From NCBI RefSeq assembly GCF_009914755.1, contig NC_060936.1: a stretch of 64,000 nucleotides of DNA. One strand, written 5' to 3'. Positions 14,476-41,544 of the stretch are shown here, in pieces. Source of the stretch: the human T2T-CHM13v2.0 reference genome, Homo sapiens. A program made the translations under genes and the position numbers. Positions within the stretch are counted from its first letter, which is position 1. Each line of letters begins with the position of its first letter. The notes beneath the pieces are model-generated. The model was not told where the DNA came from. It saw nothing but the letters and a program-made list of their open reading frames with translations, and did no database searches.

Positions 14476-15355
14476 GACGCGACGTGACGCTTTCTTCCGG
14501 CGCGGAGGAATGTGTAATGCCCCAGAGGGCAGAGGTTGTGCTTCCGGTGAGGAGGGTCCCTTTCCCTTTTGTGTATCAGTGCACTCGAAAACACGCCGGG
14601 CTTAATCTTAAGCACCGCGCCTCACCGCCCGTGCTTCGTAATTTGTTTTAACCTACCCTGCTGCGTTTATAGCAAGTAGCCTTTCCAGCATTTCTCTTTT
14701 TTTAGCCCTTTGAATGCAGATATTTTACAGTAATCTCACTCTGCCACTTTATACCCGCCTCTTCTCCATCAAAACAAGTGCAGGTCTAACCCATCCCCTA
14801 AATCCTGCCAGCTGGCTTTAGCCACCATCCATGAATTGCTTTTCCTTTTACACAGGACGCAGCAGCTCTCCTGAATTACCAGCCAGTATCGTCTAGCTAC
14901 CTGCAGGACATCTCACTTTGATAACTCAAAGTACTTTAATTGTTCACTGTTTCTTCAGTGTTCCTGGTTTCCATTAATGACTTCATCTATTCAGTTGCCT
15001 GAGCAAAAAAAAAAAAAAAAAAAAAAATCAAGAAATAATCCTAATTCTTTCTGCTCTCACTTCCCATGTATAATCGTGTGTCTCTCCATCCCCGTTACCA
15101 GTATCCTAATTTAAATACTCTTACTGACAACAGCTGATTTCTCCTCTCAAATCCCTCTCCATCCACACGTTGGATTGCTTTGTCTAAAATCCAGAATTCA
15201 TCTTGTCACTTTTCATCTCCAAACTCAACAACTCCAAACATCTTTTTTAATTGCTGATTTGCTGCTTTGCTCTCCAGCTTCATCTCTCCTGCTTCTCCAT
15301 ATGATCTACAGAAGTTTTTGTGGTGACTTTAGTACACCATGATTTTTCTCACCTC

Positions 15356-15684
15356 TGAGTAACAAATCAGGGGACTTTGAATAACGCAGATTGCCCTCCA
15401 TAATGTGAGTAGGCCTTATCCAATCAACTGAAGGCCTGAATAGAACAAAAGACTGACCTTCCATGAGCAAGAAGGAATTTTGCCAGTAGATGGCTCTCAG
15501 ACTTGAACTGTAGCATCACCTTTTCCCTGGCCTCCAGCCTGCCAACCCACCCTGCAGATTTTGGACTTGGAAGCTCTATAATCAAGTGAGTCAAGTCCTT
15601 AAAATAAATATCTTTATAAACACACACACACACACACACACACACATCTTATTGGTTCTGTTTCTCTGGAGAACCGTGAATACA
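15356..15684 (+). mobile_element. MLT2-type ERVL LTR with (CA)n
   Basis: cagattgccctccataatgtgagtaggcc..gaatagaacaaaag..(CA)n..tattggttctgtttctctggagaacc..aataca. Confidence 0.8.
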
Positions 15685-16010
15685 TCTAGGGTTGGAGGGT
15701 TCAAGATGGCCTCACTTACGTGTCTGGCAGTTGGTGCTGGCTATTGGCTGGGAAGTCTTAGTTCTCCACATGGCTTCTCATCTTCTGGTAGATGGAGCTT
15801 TTCCACTGCATGGTGGTCTTAGCATTCTAAGAAGATGAGAGTGGAAGCAAAGACCTAAAGCCTAGACTCCAAAATGTACAAGATCACTCCATCATATTCT
15901 GTTGGTCAAAGCAAGTCATAAGACCATCCCAGATTCAAGAAGTGGGAAAATTCCAATTTTTTATGAGAAGAGTGACAATGTCACATTACAAAGGGGTGTA
16001 GACACAGGAC
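15685..16010 (-). mobile_element. MLT1-type MaLR LTR fragment
   Basis: tcaagatggcctcact..tctggcagttggtgctggct..cattctgttggtcaaagcaagtca..cccagattcaag. Confidence 0.7.
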
Positions 16011-16192
16011 GCTGTGATTCATAATAATTCCATACAATTATTATAATGATTTATGTCCAGGTGCAGTGGCTCACGCCTGTAATCCCAGCACTTTTTGAGG
16101 CCAAGGCGGGCAGATCACCTGAGGTCAGGAGTTTGAGACCAGCCTGGCCAACATGGTGAAATCCTGTCTCTATTAAAAATGTACAACAATTA

Positions 16193-16312
<120 letters not shown>

Positions 16313-17290
16313 CTAGGCAAGAAGAGTGAGACTCTGTCTCCAAAAAAAAAAAAATTTACAACAAAGTCTTTGATTTTTACCACTTAAATCTGGAAAACTA
16401 TATTATTCGGAAAAAGAAATAATGGAATTCCGAATAAAACAAGCCACTGATAATTCATTTTATTAAACATTCAATTAAATGTAATGGTTTTGCTTTCAAA
16501 TTAACAGAGCGTGAGAACCTGATAGAACCTCAGTATAAGCACAAATCCTTAAAAGCTTTGATTGGTCCTATTTATTTCCTGTTATTTTCTTCAGATTATA
16601 CTTACCTATTTTATTTTAAACTGTCTCTCTAGTAGAATAGAAAATGTATAATGATTCTCAATCATTTTTATTTGCCACAGTACTTCTGAGAAATCTGTAG
16701 TGGTTGCTTACAACAGCAGGAAGTCTGTAAGAGAAGACAGTGAATAGAAGGGCAGCAAATATTAACATCTCTGGTGCGAACAGAAGAAACTTCTCTAGTT
16801 ACAACCACCTCACATTCTGATGCTTCCCTCAGGGGGGGCACATGAACCCCACTCCCACCTCTCATGCTTACCCCTTTGAAAATCACTGTTGTAAAAATCC
16901 AAATTGTGTTTCATCAGCTTCTATGAGGGCATTCTGCACACACAATGTTAAACTGAGTCAATAGTATTTGGGTTTCTGGTCAGAACAGTGGAGTATAACT
17001 GTAGTTTAAAAGGATCATTTGCATTACTTAAACAATCCTTGACAGTAACTTTTCAGAAAAAAAAAAATTAGAGTATTATTTATCTGAAATTTATTATCCT
17101 GAGTGTTAAAATAGACTAAAATGAATACTTAGATCTGATAATCATTTGGCTAGACCGTGGTCCCTGGATTTTTAAAAAATGCAATAAAACCTCACAAAAT
17201 CAGATTAATTAGGGTTAGTTTCAGAGAGGGAAAAGTCAAAATTACTGAATTCTTAAACAAATGTCATTTTAATTCAAGAATAATTTCCAC

Positions 17291-19440
<2,150 letters not shown>

Positions 19441-20358
19441 CGGTCAATGCTGCTCTTGTTTAGGCCCTTTCTCTCATACGAATTTCCACTGTGGCATTCC
19501 AATGACCTTCAAGCATTGTTCTTGTTTGATCCTTTGCCACCAGTGTGATTTTTAAAAATTATCTATTTGATGTTGTGTGATTGCGAGAGAGTGATGAATT
19601 GGAGAATGACTCTTTGGCATTGTAATGAATGATGATGCATTAATTTAGATATAGAATGGAAGAAAAGCAATCTAATGGGGGGAGGCAGCACACCTGTAGG
19701 GAGGAGGATTATACATGCATTCAACATTTATTCCACATCTCTATGTGCCAGGCACTCTTCCAGATGCTGGATATATGACAGTGAACAACAAAAAAAGACA
19801 AAGTATCGGCTCTCATACAGCTCACTAGTAGAAAGGGAAGACAAAAGAATAAGCACAAGCTAATAAATATATACTATTTTAGTGATGATAAGATTTTTTT
19901 AAAGTGGAGAAAGTAAGGGGGCTTGGGTGATCATCAAAGGGCTCACAGATTGGTGACATTTGTTTTTTGTTCTTAGTTTTCTGAGGCACGGTTTCATTCT
20001 GTCTCACTTAGGTTGGAGTGCAATGGCATTATCTTGGCTCACTGTAACCTCAAACTTCTGGGCTGAAGCGATCCTCCTCCCTCAGCCTCCTGAGTAGCTA
20101 GGACTACAGGTGTGTGCCACCACGTCTGGGTAATTTTGTTTTATTTTTCTATTTTCTATAGAGAGAGGGTCTGGCTGTATTTCCCAGGTTGGTTTCAAAC
20201 TACTAAGCTCAAGCAATCCTATTGCCTTGGCCTCCCGAAGTGCTGGAATTACAGGCATGAGCCACTGCACCCAGCCAGATTGGTGACATTTGAATAGAGG
20301 CTACTTTATAAAAATAAAAGGACAAATTGCTAAATGAATATCCAATCAGGAGGGATTA

Positions 20359-21502
<1,144 letters not shown>

Positions 21503-22340
21503 TATTTCCAATTAGGGAGATAAGTCAAGATTTTACAAAAGTGGTAGTATTTGAGTTGGCCCTCGTAAGAATTTTGAGTGAAGATGCACTGAAAGGGCCA
21601 ATCCAGATAAAAGGAAGAGTGTGAACTGAAGCTGGAAAGTGTGTCCTGTGTTCAGGAGATGACCACATCAATTTCTTCTAATAGAGACAAATGGGGTCAG
21701 ATAGCTGCAGTCTTTGAATGCCATACTACTGTCTGAACTTCATTCTCTAGTCTGTGGGGAGTCATCAAAGTTTATAAGCAGGAGTGTGACAGACCCGGAA
21801 TTGAATTTTTTGGAGACAGAGTCTCGCTCTGTCACCCAGGCTGGAGTGCAACAGCGTGATCTCAGCTCACTGCAACCTCCACTTCCTGAGTTCAAGCAAT
21901 TCGCCTGCCTCAGCCTCCTGAGTAGCTGGGATTACAGGCATGTGCCACATGTAACCACACCCAGCTAATTTTTGTATTTTTACTAGAGATGGGGCTCATG
22001 CCTGTAATCCCACCACTTTGGGAGGCTGAGGCGGGTGGATCACGAGGTCAGGAGTTCAAGACCAGCCTGGACAAAAATCACCTTTTATAGAATGGATTGG
22101 AGGCAAGAACACCCAGTTAGAAGCCTATGGTAATAGACCAAGTGAAAGGTAATAAGACACATAGTGGAAATAAATAGGAAGATATATATGAAGACAGGCT
22201 CACCATGACTTGATTTTTTAAAAATTGCAGGGGCTAAAAGAAAGGAAATAGACAAAAGATACCGAGCCGAGATGTTTGGGAAGATATTAATGTAATTAAC
22301 AGAGAAAATCACAAGGGAGAAAAAAGCAGGTTTGGGAGTA

Positions 22341-25812
<3,472 letters not shown>

Positions 25813-26249
25813 TAGCAGATGCACGTTCCATTTAGACATCCTTAGGACTCACACCAGCGAAGGGCCCCAGCTTTTCCATACCAGTAGCTGTAATTCTGAG
25901 ACGAAAGTGCTTTTCCCCCACCTTTACACCTTGCTTTCTGGAAAGATAAGACCATAATGGATTTTGAACTTGCTTTTATCATTAAAGCCCAGTGTCTTAC
26001 ATTTCTCCGGAAAAGGAAGCAGTGTTTGCTATGGAACAAATAGTAGAATTTTAATACATAGTCCCCTGACCGTAGAAACTGAACCTCAGGTCCTATCCTG
26101 GCTCTAGGCCACCCGGTCATGGAAGAAGAAACTTTTCTTAGAATCTTTATCTCTTGAGACAAGCTTGGAAATTACAACATATATGTACCATGAACGCGAA
26201 GTACCTGAGCTCAAAGCAGTTGAGCAATCTTAAGTGGGGGTGCCCGAAA

Positions 26250-26500
26250 GTGGTGCGTTCTGACCCCAAACGTCACACTACCCGTCCCTGGAGGAGCGGG
26301 TTGCAGCCCAGCTGCGTCGCCCCGCGCAGAGCTCCAGGCAGAAGAAAACTACATTTCCCAGAGACCTCTGCGCGGTCGGGAGCACCGCGAGGAGGGGCGA
26401 GATGGGGGCGGGCCTCTGTGTGAAGGCCCTTCCCATTGGTGCGCATTCCAAAGGGCCATGTAAACTTCTTCGCGATTGCACGGATTCAGGGACGCTCAGT
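26250..26500 (+). promoter_or_regulatory. CCDC77: CCDC77 proximal CpG promoter
   Basis: ZNF143/THAP11 motif ACTACATTTCCCAG 26348-26361; GC box ~26404-26414; inverted CCAAT 26435-26439; TCGCGA ~26470. Confidence 0.85.
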
Positions 26501-26571
26501 GGCGCCGCGCCGCTCCTTGGTTTGACTTTTGTTTTTCAGTTGCGTTCCCTGACTCGGAGTCTTAGTGTGTC
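26497..26571 (+). other. CCDC77: CCDC77 main non-coding first exon (start approximate)
   Basis: GTGAGT donor at 26572 just downstream of the promoter motifs. Confidence 0.75.
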
Positions 26572-28268
26572 GTGAGTATAGAGTTTCGGGTTTGGGGTGA
26601 AGGGGTTAGGTAAGAAGCCTTGGGAAGAAAATCTGGTTAGGGAGAAGTAACTGCGGAAGCAGTGCGGAGGAGAGGACGTGAGCCTGAATGTGGTGTCCGT
26701 GGAGGGGCTGGGGACCGGAGGAGGAAAGCTCCAATGTGCAAAGGGAGAGACCTCAGGAGTGCTGGAGCGTTGGGACCTGGAGCAGTGAGGCGGTCGAGAA
26801 TGGGATGAAGTGGGAAAAGGAGTACGGGATTCGGGCGCCCTGGAGATGCGTTCCGGTGTACTCTAACCCCACGCTGGTCTAGCTCTCAGTTTCCTCATTT
26901 GTGAAATAAGGGATAGTGAAAATACTGAACGGTTGTTGGGATAATAAATTGTACAGATTTGTCACGTGGCTAAAAGAAAAAAATTCAAAGTGCTACACAA
27001 ATGTTAATTGTTAGTAGACAAGCTATAAGAATATATCTAAGCAAGGGTATTGGAGATAGGTGCAGAGACCCTAGCTGAAACCCGTTAATTTACCTATAAA
27101 CAAAGGCATTGTTCCTTTGGAAGAGGCAATGAAGAGTAAGACGCGATTTCTGTCTGTAGGGAGCGCACGCTAGCATGGGAGAAACGATAGCAATAAAGCA
27201 CTCTAATATGTTGACTTGTAGATAATTTCAAAGGCAGTTCTTTTGCACTTAGATCATTTTTGCTAAATCATTTTGGATGGGGAGACTCAGGAAAGAGAAA
27301 AAGGAGGTGGTATTTAAGATGAGTTTTCATGTACAGACTAGATTTTGTTAAGTGAAATTATGAGGGTTGTGGAGGGAGTTGTGTTCCAGCTAGAGGGAAG
27401 CTCATGAACAAAGGTATGGAGGCAGGAAAGTTATCTGGAAACGGTACATTTAGGAGAGTAGAGAGAAATAAGGCAGGAAAGTTAGGTTTGGCCCTTATGT
27501 AGAAAGCCATGAATTCTAGGCTAACAAATTGGATTTAATGCTTTAGGCTATGAGGTGCTACTGATGTATTTTATTAAAGAAAATGGTCCAGGAGACGCAA
27601 GGAGTAGGTAGAACCGTTAAGGTGTTGTAATGGTGTGGGTAAGAAGTATTGAGACTCTGAATTAACATGGTCATTGTGGAGATAAAATATACAAGATATT
27701 CATATGGTTAGACAGGAGGTTCAGAAGAATGAGTGATCAAATGATGAATTTAAGTTGCCAACTCCCGGTTGCTTGGAAACGCTGAATTAGTAACTAAAAT
27801 AGGAAAGTCAGAAGGGGCATGTTTGGATAAAAAGATGATGTGTTAGGTTTAGGAAATGTTAGCTTTGAGATGCTAAAAAAATACCTAACTTGAGTGATTT
27901 CTTTTTTAAGTTAAACGTTTCAAGTGCCAGTGGGACTATGGGTGAAAATGTCCACTACATTTTTGTTAATTCAAATCAAGAGGTTGAAAGAGATGTCGTT
28001 TATTTATTCAACATGTAATTGTTACTTACTGTATGCCATGTAGTGTTTTAGATGACAGAGTTAATAATAAAAACAGGAGGAATAATGATGTTCCCAAAGA
28101 AATGGTTAGAGGAAATGATAAAGAAACTTGAAGACAGAACCTCTGAGCCAAGGGAGTAAAATTGTCAATAATAATAATAGTCCACATTTACTGAGTGCTT
28201 ATATATGTGTCAAACACTGTCCCTCGGCCTTATATCCGTACACCAACCTATGACATAGAAGTAACTGA

Positions 28269-28694
<426 letters not shown>

Positions 28695-29060
28695 TGAGAC
28701 AGGGTCTTGCGCTGTTGTCCAGGCTAGAGTGCAGTGGCACGATCACTGCTCGCTGCAGCCTTGAACCCTCAGGCTGAAGTGATCCTCGCACCAAGCAGGT
28801 GGGACTACATTGCCACTGTGCCCAGCTAATTTTTAAAATTTTGGTAAAGACAGGGTCTTGCCATGGCCTGGCCATGCCAAGGTCCGGTCCCAAAGTGATA
28901 TATTTTTAAAGGGTAGTTGGCACTACCAGGCACAGTGGCTCACGCCTGTAATCCCAACACTGGCAGGCAGAGGTGGGTGGATCATCTGAGGTCAGGAGTT
29001 CGAGACCAGCCTGGCCAACATGGCGAAACCCTGTCTTTACTAAAAATACAAAAAAAATTA

Positions 29061-29243
<183 letters not shown>

Positions 29244-29628
29244 TTAAGAATACAAGTGAAGGAGTAACTATTGGATGGAGGAGGATAGAAACAGAAAAGA
29301 GCAATTGAATTTATTAATTTGGATGTCTGCTGACCAATAAGAGCTTGGTTAGATGTCATAGTAGAAGCCCGAGGCCTGGCTCAGTGGCTCATGCCTGTAA
29401 TCTCAGCACTTTGGAAGGCCAAGGGAGGAGGATTGTTTGAGTCCGGGAGTTCAAGGCCAGCCTGGGCAACATAGCAAGGCCCCGTCTTGCAGCCAGAGAG
29501 GTGAGTGTAGACAACTTTTCGTAGACATGTGCAACAGTGAGGACAGTCACTATGAAGGAGAAGAGGGATTGCAGGTTGTTAGAAGGGTCTTTCAAAGCTT
29601 CAAATTACTTTTTTTTTTTTTTTTTTGA

Positions 29629-29733
<105 letters not shown>

Positions 29734-29964
29734 TGAGTAGGTGGGATTATAGGGATGCACCACCATGCCCAGCTAACTTTGTATTTTTAGTAGAGATGGG
29801 GTTTCTCCAGGTTGGTCAGGCTGGTCTTGAATTCCTGACCTCAGGTGATCCGCCTTCCTCGGCCTCCCAAAGTGCTGGGATTACAGGCAGGAGCCACTGT
29901 GCCCAGCCGCTTCAAATTACTCTTAAATGGCTTTGAAACAGTGAAATTTAACTTTAAGTTGTCA

Positions 29965-30345
29965 CCCATATCCGTACAATGGAATTTTATTCAGCCACAA
30001 AAAGGAATGAAGTACTGATACATGGTACCACATAGGTGAACCTTGAAAACATTATGCTAAGTGAAACAAGACAGTCACAAAAGACCATATACTATGTGAT
30101 TCCATTTATAGGAAAGTCCAGAATAGGGAAATCTGTAGAGACAGTAGGTTAGTGGTTGCTTAGGACTGGGAGACAGGGATAATAGCTGAAGGACACAGGG
30201 TTTTTTTCTTGAAGTGACGAAACTTCTAGAATGGACTGTGCTGATAGGTACACGTATCTGTGAATATACTAAAAATCATTGAATTTACACTTTGAATGAG
30301 TTTAATGGTGTACACAAATTACATTCCATAAAGCTGCTTTTTTAA
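29965..30345 (+). mobile_element. L1M (L1MB/ME-like) 3'-end fragment
   Basis: tacaatggaattttattcagccacaaaaaggaatgaagtactgatacatg..gaaccttgaaaacattatgctaagtgaaa. Confidence 0.8.
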
Positions 30346-30397
30346 AAAAATGTTACCCATAATCCTTCCATGCCAATCCAATAACTTTATTTTCTAG

Positions 30398-30451
30398 GTT
30401 ATTTGGACAAGAGGCACATTGACCCAATTTGGAGACGTATTTTGGAAGGAG
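30398..30451 (+). other. CCDC77: CCDC77 non-coding exon (54 nt)
   Basis: ctttattttctag| acceptor and GAG|GTGAGT donor; no ATG inside. Confidence 0.8.
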
Positions 30452-30609
30452 GTGAGTTTGGAGGAGGAGAGTAGTCTTTTAAAGGAGAGAATTAGAAGAA
30501 AGATGGCGTATTTGAAGGGTTGGCTGTAGAAGAAAACAAATGGGATGAGAGAAGCAGAAACAGATTTTTAAATCTAGATTGAATAGACTGGCCAGCAGAA
30601 GAAAAGGAT

Positions 30610-32880
<2,271 letters not shown>

Positions 32881-33830
32881 TAGCCAGGATGGTCTCAATC
32901 TCCTGACCTTGTGATACACCCACCTCGGCCTCCCAAAGTGCTGGGATTACAGGCATGAGCCACCGCACCCGGCCACAGGACTGAAGATTTTAAATAGATT
33001 ATACCAGGTAGAAGGACATAACAGAACATCATCTGACTTGCTCAGAATCAGAGTGGATTGACAGCGAATGCTTGATAAGAAAGTTTTCACCAAAGCAATA
33101 AAAAAATCAGCCTCTCTCCCTCTCTCCTTCTGTCTCTGTCAATCATATAACATGGTATGGCATTCCCTTTCCAGCCATGAGGTTTATCTTCATGAAAATT
33201 TCTATAATAAGGTTGCTTAAAGTACAGGAGCTCAAGATCTTGCGTTATCAATTGAGATGGAGATTATGAAGAGCCTTTTAAAGTTTATAAGTAATTTTTT
33301 TTCTTTTGCTTAAGATAATAGAGAAAGTACGCGAAATAAAGATAGCATCAGTGGCTTTATATTCATTTTAAATTTGATATAGTGGGTACTCTGCCTTAAT
33401 TTCTATTTACTACTTCTGCTTTTGGAGAGGGGAGTGGGGGCAGGGGAAGTCAATATGTTGGTGAGGCTGGCCTTGAACTCCTGGGCTCAAGGGATCCTCC
33501 CTCCTCAGCCTCCTGAGTAGCAGGGACTATAGGTACGGGCCACTGCACCTCGCTCTATGTACTGTTTCTTGCTTATTAGAGACTTTTCTGCATCTTCTCC
33601 TCCTATCCTATAACTTCAAGGAAAAGATTGTAGATTTGTTTTTGTGTTGTTGCAGATAACAAGGAGACTTTTCTACTTTGTGTGCTTATCCATTTAAATA
33701 TTCAATGCCATTCTGATTTTTATTTGAAAATAATTATGAGGAGTACCTTTTGAAAATTCAAAAGGCATGAATTTCAGGATTTGGAGATACTTTAAAGAAT
33801 ACTACATTTTAGGCCGGGCGTGGTGGCTCA

Positions 33831-34188
<358 letters not shown>

Positions 34189-34271
34189 CTAATCCTGTAC
34201 TGTTTTTATTTTTCTATTCGTGGCCCGTAATTATGAATTTTTGTGTATTTGATAGGTGTGAAAAAGACAGC

Positions 34272-34309
34272 ATGAACTTTACCCCAACACACACCCCTGT
34301 CTGCAGAAA
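34272..34309 (+). CDS. CCDC77: CCDC77 first coding exon (exon 34256-34309; MNFTPTHTPVCR+AA)
   Basis: gatag| acceptor 34255, agcATGa at 34272, GTAAGA donor 34310; 38 coding nt join next exon in frame (K13). Confidence 0.93.
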
Positions 34310-34772
34310 GTAAGACATTTGCTTATTTTCAAGTTGTTAAGAAATCGAGACTTGTATAGCCTTAGTCTAAGCATAGGAACTGGAAAGGTATTGGAAACAT
34401 ATTTCCTAAAGTTTTTTTTCTTTGAGACAGAGTTTCACTCTGTGCCCAGGATGGGGTGCAGTGGTGCAATCATTGCTCATTGCAGCCTTGACCTCCTGCA
34501 CTCAAGCAATCCTCCCGCCTCAGCCTCCCAGAGTGCTGTGATTACAGGCATAAGCCACTGTGCCCAGCCTGAGACATCCCCTTTAGAAAATATGAAATGT
34601 TGGCCGGGCACGGTGGCTCACTCCTGTAATCCCAGCACTTTGGGAGGCTGAGGTGGGCAGGTCACAAGGTCAGGCGTTTGAGACCAGCCTGGCCAACATG
34701 GTGAAACCCCGTCTCTACTAAAAAAAAAAAAAAAAAATTAACTGGGCATGGTGGTGTGCACCTGTAATCTCA

Positions 34773-34907
<135 letters not shown>

Positions 34908-35176
34908 TTAAGTAAACTAGTATTTCTCTCACAAGTTTTTAATCACTGGGAAAATGTTTAAGTTTTTCTTCATGCTAGTTGACAGATTTTAATATCTCTG
35001 CATGCTTATTTATTACAAGTGAGCACATATATTAACTATAACTCAGAGCTTCTGGTATAGTTTCTCCACTGTACTATTTTGTTATGTTATAAATTGCAGA
35101 CAACCAAATTGGATTTATTTTCACAGGAGGGTTTCTCTTCTTCTGTACTATTTTTGTTTTTTTTTTTGTTTTTTGA

Positions 35177-35437
<261 letters not shown>

Positions 35438-36003
35438 TAATTTTTGTATTTTTGGTAGAAACTAGGTTCCGCTATGTTGGCCAGGCTGGTCTGGAGTGGC
35501 GTGATCTCGGCACTTGAACCTGCCTCCTGCGTTCAAGCAATTATTCTGCCTCAGCCTCCAGAGTAGCTGGGATTACACACGCGTGCCACCAGGCCCGGCT
35601 AATTTTTGTATTTTTGGTAGAGACTAGGTTTCACTATGTTGGCCAGGCTGGTCTTGAACTCCTGACCTCAACTAATTTGCCCGCCTTGGCCTCCCAAAGT
35701 GGTCGGATTACAGGCATGAGCCACTGCACCCGGCCTGCAATATGTCTTATGGTACTACATTTTCTAATTGTTACTACATGGTCTCCCTTAGTTTATATTC
35801 TGTTTTTTTAAATTATCTTTTTCGTCTCTAATGGATTTTATTTTTACTTTAGAGACAAGGTGTTGCTATGTTGCCCAGGCTGGACTGGAACTCCTAGGCT
35901 CAAGCGATCCTCCCACCTCAGCCCCCTGAGTAGCTGGGACTGCTCAGCTACTCAGCTGTGCCACCATTCCTGGCTCTAACATGTATTTTGAATCCAGCTT
36001 TAA

Positions 36004-36384
<381 letters not shown>

Positions 36385-36387
36385 TAA

Positions 36388-36570
<183 letters not shown>

Positions 36571-36573
36571 TAG

Positions 36574-36912
<339 letters not shown>

Positions 36913-37346
36913 TAAATTAGAGATGCCCTACAAGTGCCAGTTTATATCAGAAGCAGATGTTTTATAAAAATACTCCTTTTTTATTCCCCAGCCCAGCTAT
37001 TGCCCCTTCAGGCCCTCCTTGGATCATAACCCCCAAAACTGCCCTTCCTCTCAAATCTTAAATTCTGACATCTCCATATCTCTTATACCTAGTTCTTTCA
37101 TCTCCTTGTACCTGAGTAGTCCTTAACTTCTTTGTTACCTCCATAGCTTCCTGACTTTTCAGTTTTCTGAGTGCTGTATATAGCTCTGATATCAAGTCCT
37201 TCAAACCTAAACCCCATGATGCTTTACTTGAGTAGTAACTGCAGTGCCTGCAAATGACCCCTTGCTCAATTATTCTTCTGCTCCACCTGCATAGCAAAAA
37301 CTGAGCTGTGGCATCATCCAGTTCTCTGCCACGTGTTCTCCTATAG

Positions 37347-37575
37347 CAGGATTTCTTAACCTCGGCATTATTGACATTTTGGCCTGGATGATTCTTTGTT
37401 GTGAGGGGTTGTCCTGTGCGTGATGGGATGTTTAGCAGGATCCCTGGCCTCTACCCGCTGGATGCCAGTAACACAACACCCCCAGCTGTGACAATCAAGA
37501 ATCTCTCCAGACATTGCCAGATGTTTCTGGAATGGGTGTATGGATGTGCAGAGTCACTCCTGATTGAGAACACTG
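37347..37575 (+). mobile_element. MER20 hAT MITE
   Basis: caggatttcttaacctcggcattattgacatttt..gtcctgtgc..ggatgtttagcag..ccagacattgcca..gagaacactg. Confidence 0.85.
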
Positions 37576-37581
37576 TTGTAG

Positions 37582-38007
<426 letters not shown>

Positions 38008-38066
38008 TAGTAGAGACGGGGTTTCACCGTGTTAGCCAGGATGGTCTCAATCTCCTGACCTCGTGA

Positions 38067-38333
<267 letters not shown>

Positions 38334-38509
38334 TAGCCAGGATGGTCTCGATCGCCTGACCTCGTGATCCACCCGCCTCGGCCTCCTAAAGTGCTGGGAT
38401 TTCAGGCATGAGCCACTGCGCCTGGCCTCTCTAGCTACTCTTTTTATATAAATGGCTCTTTCTTTTCCCAGTCACACTTCCAGAATCTTTTGACTTTCCC
38501 ATTCACTGA

Positions 38510-39260
<751 letters not shown>

Positions 39261-40138
39261 TGAGCCTGGCCTCCTTTCTTGATTTCTGTGTCATTTTTCT
39301 TTCACAATTTCTATCTAACCTCTCTGATCAGCTCATCTCAGTGTCCATTAACAACTCTCTTTCCTTACTCTTAAATTTCAGAGTTCTTCCAGATTCTACT
39401 ATAAATGACCTTGTTTTATCCTTGTATTACACTTCTGCATACGGGATGATGACTGTTAAATAACTAACCCTGACTCACTTTTCTCCTGAGGCTCCTTTCT
39501 CTACCCTCCCTTCCCCACCCGCACATGTACTGCCACCATTTCGCCTTCCTCCGTTTCTCATGCCTTAACTTTTTCTTTATTCTTTGTCTTGGCAAATGGC
39601 ATCATTGCCTACGGTTCTTCCAGTCCCCCTAAACCGAATCATTTGGCAAGTCCTGTTGATTCTGCTTCCTAAATATTACTTAATCCATTCCCACACCCAC
39701 CTCACTTTGGCCACGATGCTCACACAGACCCTTGAGTTGCGTCTAAACTGTGACGGTGTCCTCCTTGCCAGTACCTGCCTCTGGCCTCTTACATCCCCAG
39801 TTGGCCTCACACTTTTCACTCTAGCAGTACTGAAATATTTGTACTTGTCCAAATTTAATAGGCTTTTGTTTTTTGGAGGTTTACTTGTCATTTTTATCAC
39901 ATTATGTGTGTATACAATGAATTACAGGGTAATTCATTCCATTTGGGCTCCTGGATAGCTTCAGGATGGGAGCTGGTTGCCAGATGGCAGTGATGCAGCA
40001 TCTCTGAATACATTTACTGGGACACAGTGTGAGCCACCGTGCCCAGCCTAATTGTTTTTGTAGATTCTACAAAAAAAGTGTTTCCAACCTTTTGAGTTCC
40101 ACTGTGGACTTGTATGCTCTCCCTTTCTCTGAATCAGT

Positions 40139-40886
<748 letters not shown>

Positions 40887-41152
40887 TGAACACCTGACCA
40901 CAGATGACCCATCTGGCTCGGCCTCCCAAGGTGCTGAGATTACAGGTGTGAGCCACTGCACCCTGCCCAATTTTTTATTTTTTGTAAAGACAGAATCTCG
41001 CTCTGTTGTCTAGGATGGTCTTGAACTCCTGGGCTCAAGCCATCCTCCCACCTTAACCTCCCAAAGTGTTGGGATTACGGGCGTGAGTCACTGTGCCCAG
41101 CCTTTATGAAATTATTTTTAATGACCTTGCCCAATTTTAAGTGTTCAGTTGA

Positions 41153-41544
<392 letters not shown>

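Noticed and set aside
14121-14651. 176-aa plus-strand ORF with RGG/RRGEAG repeats
   Set aside because: Non-ATG start; arises from GC-rich promoter DNA and the decamer repeat; stop-poor by composition.
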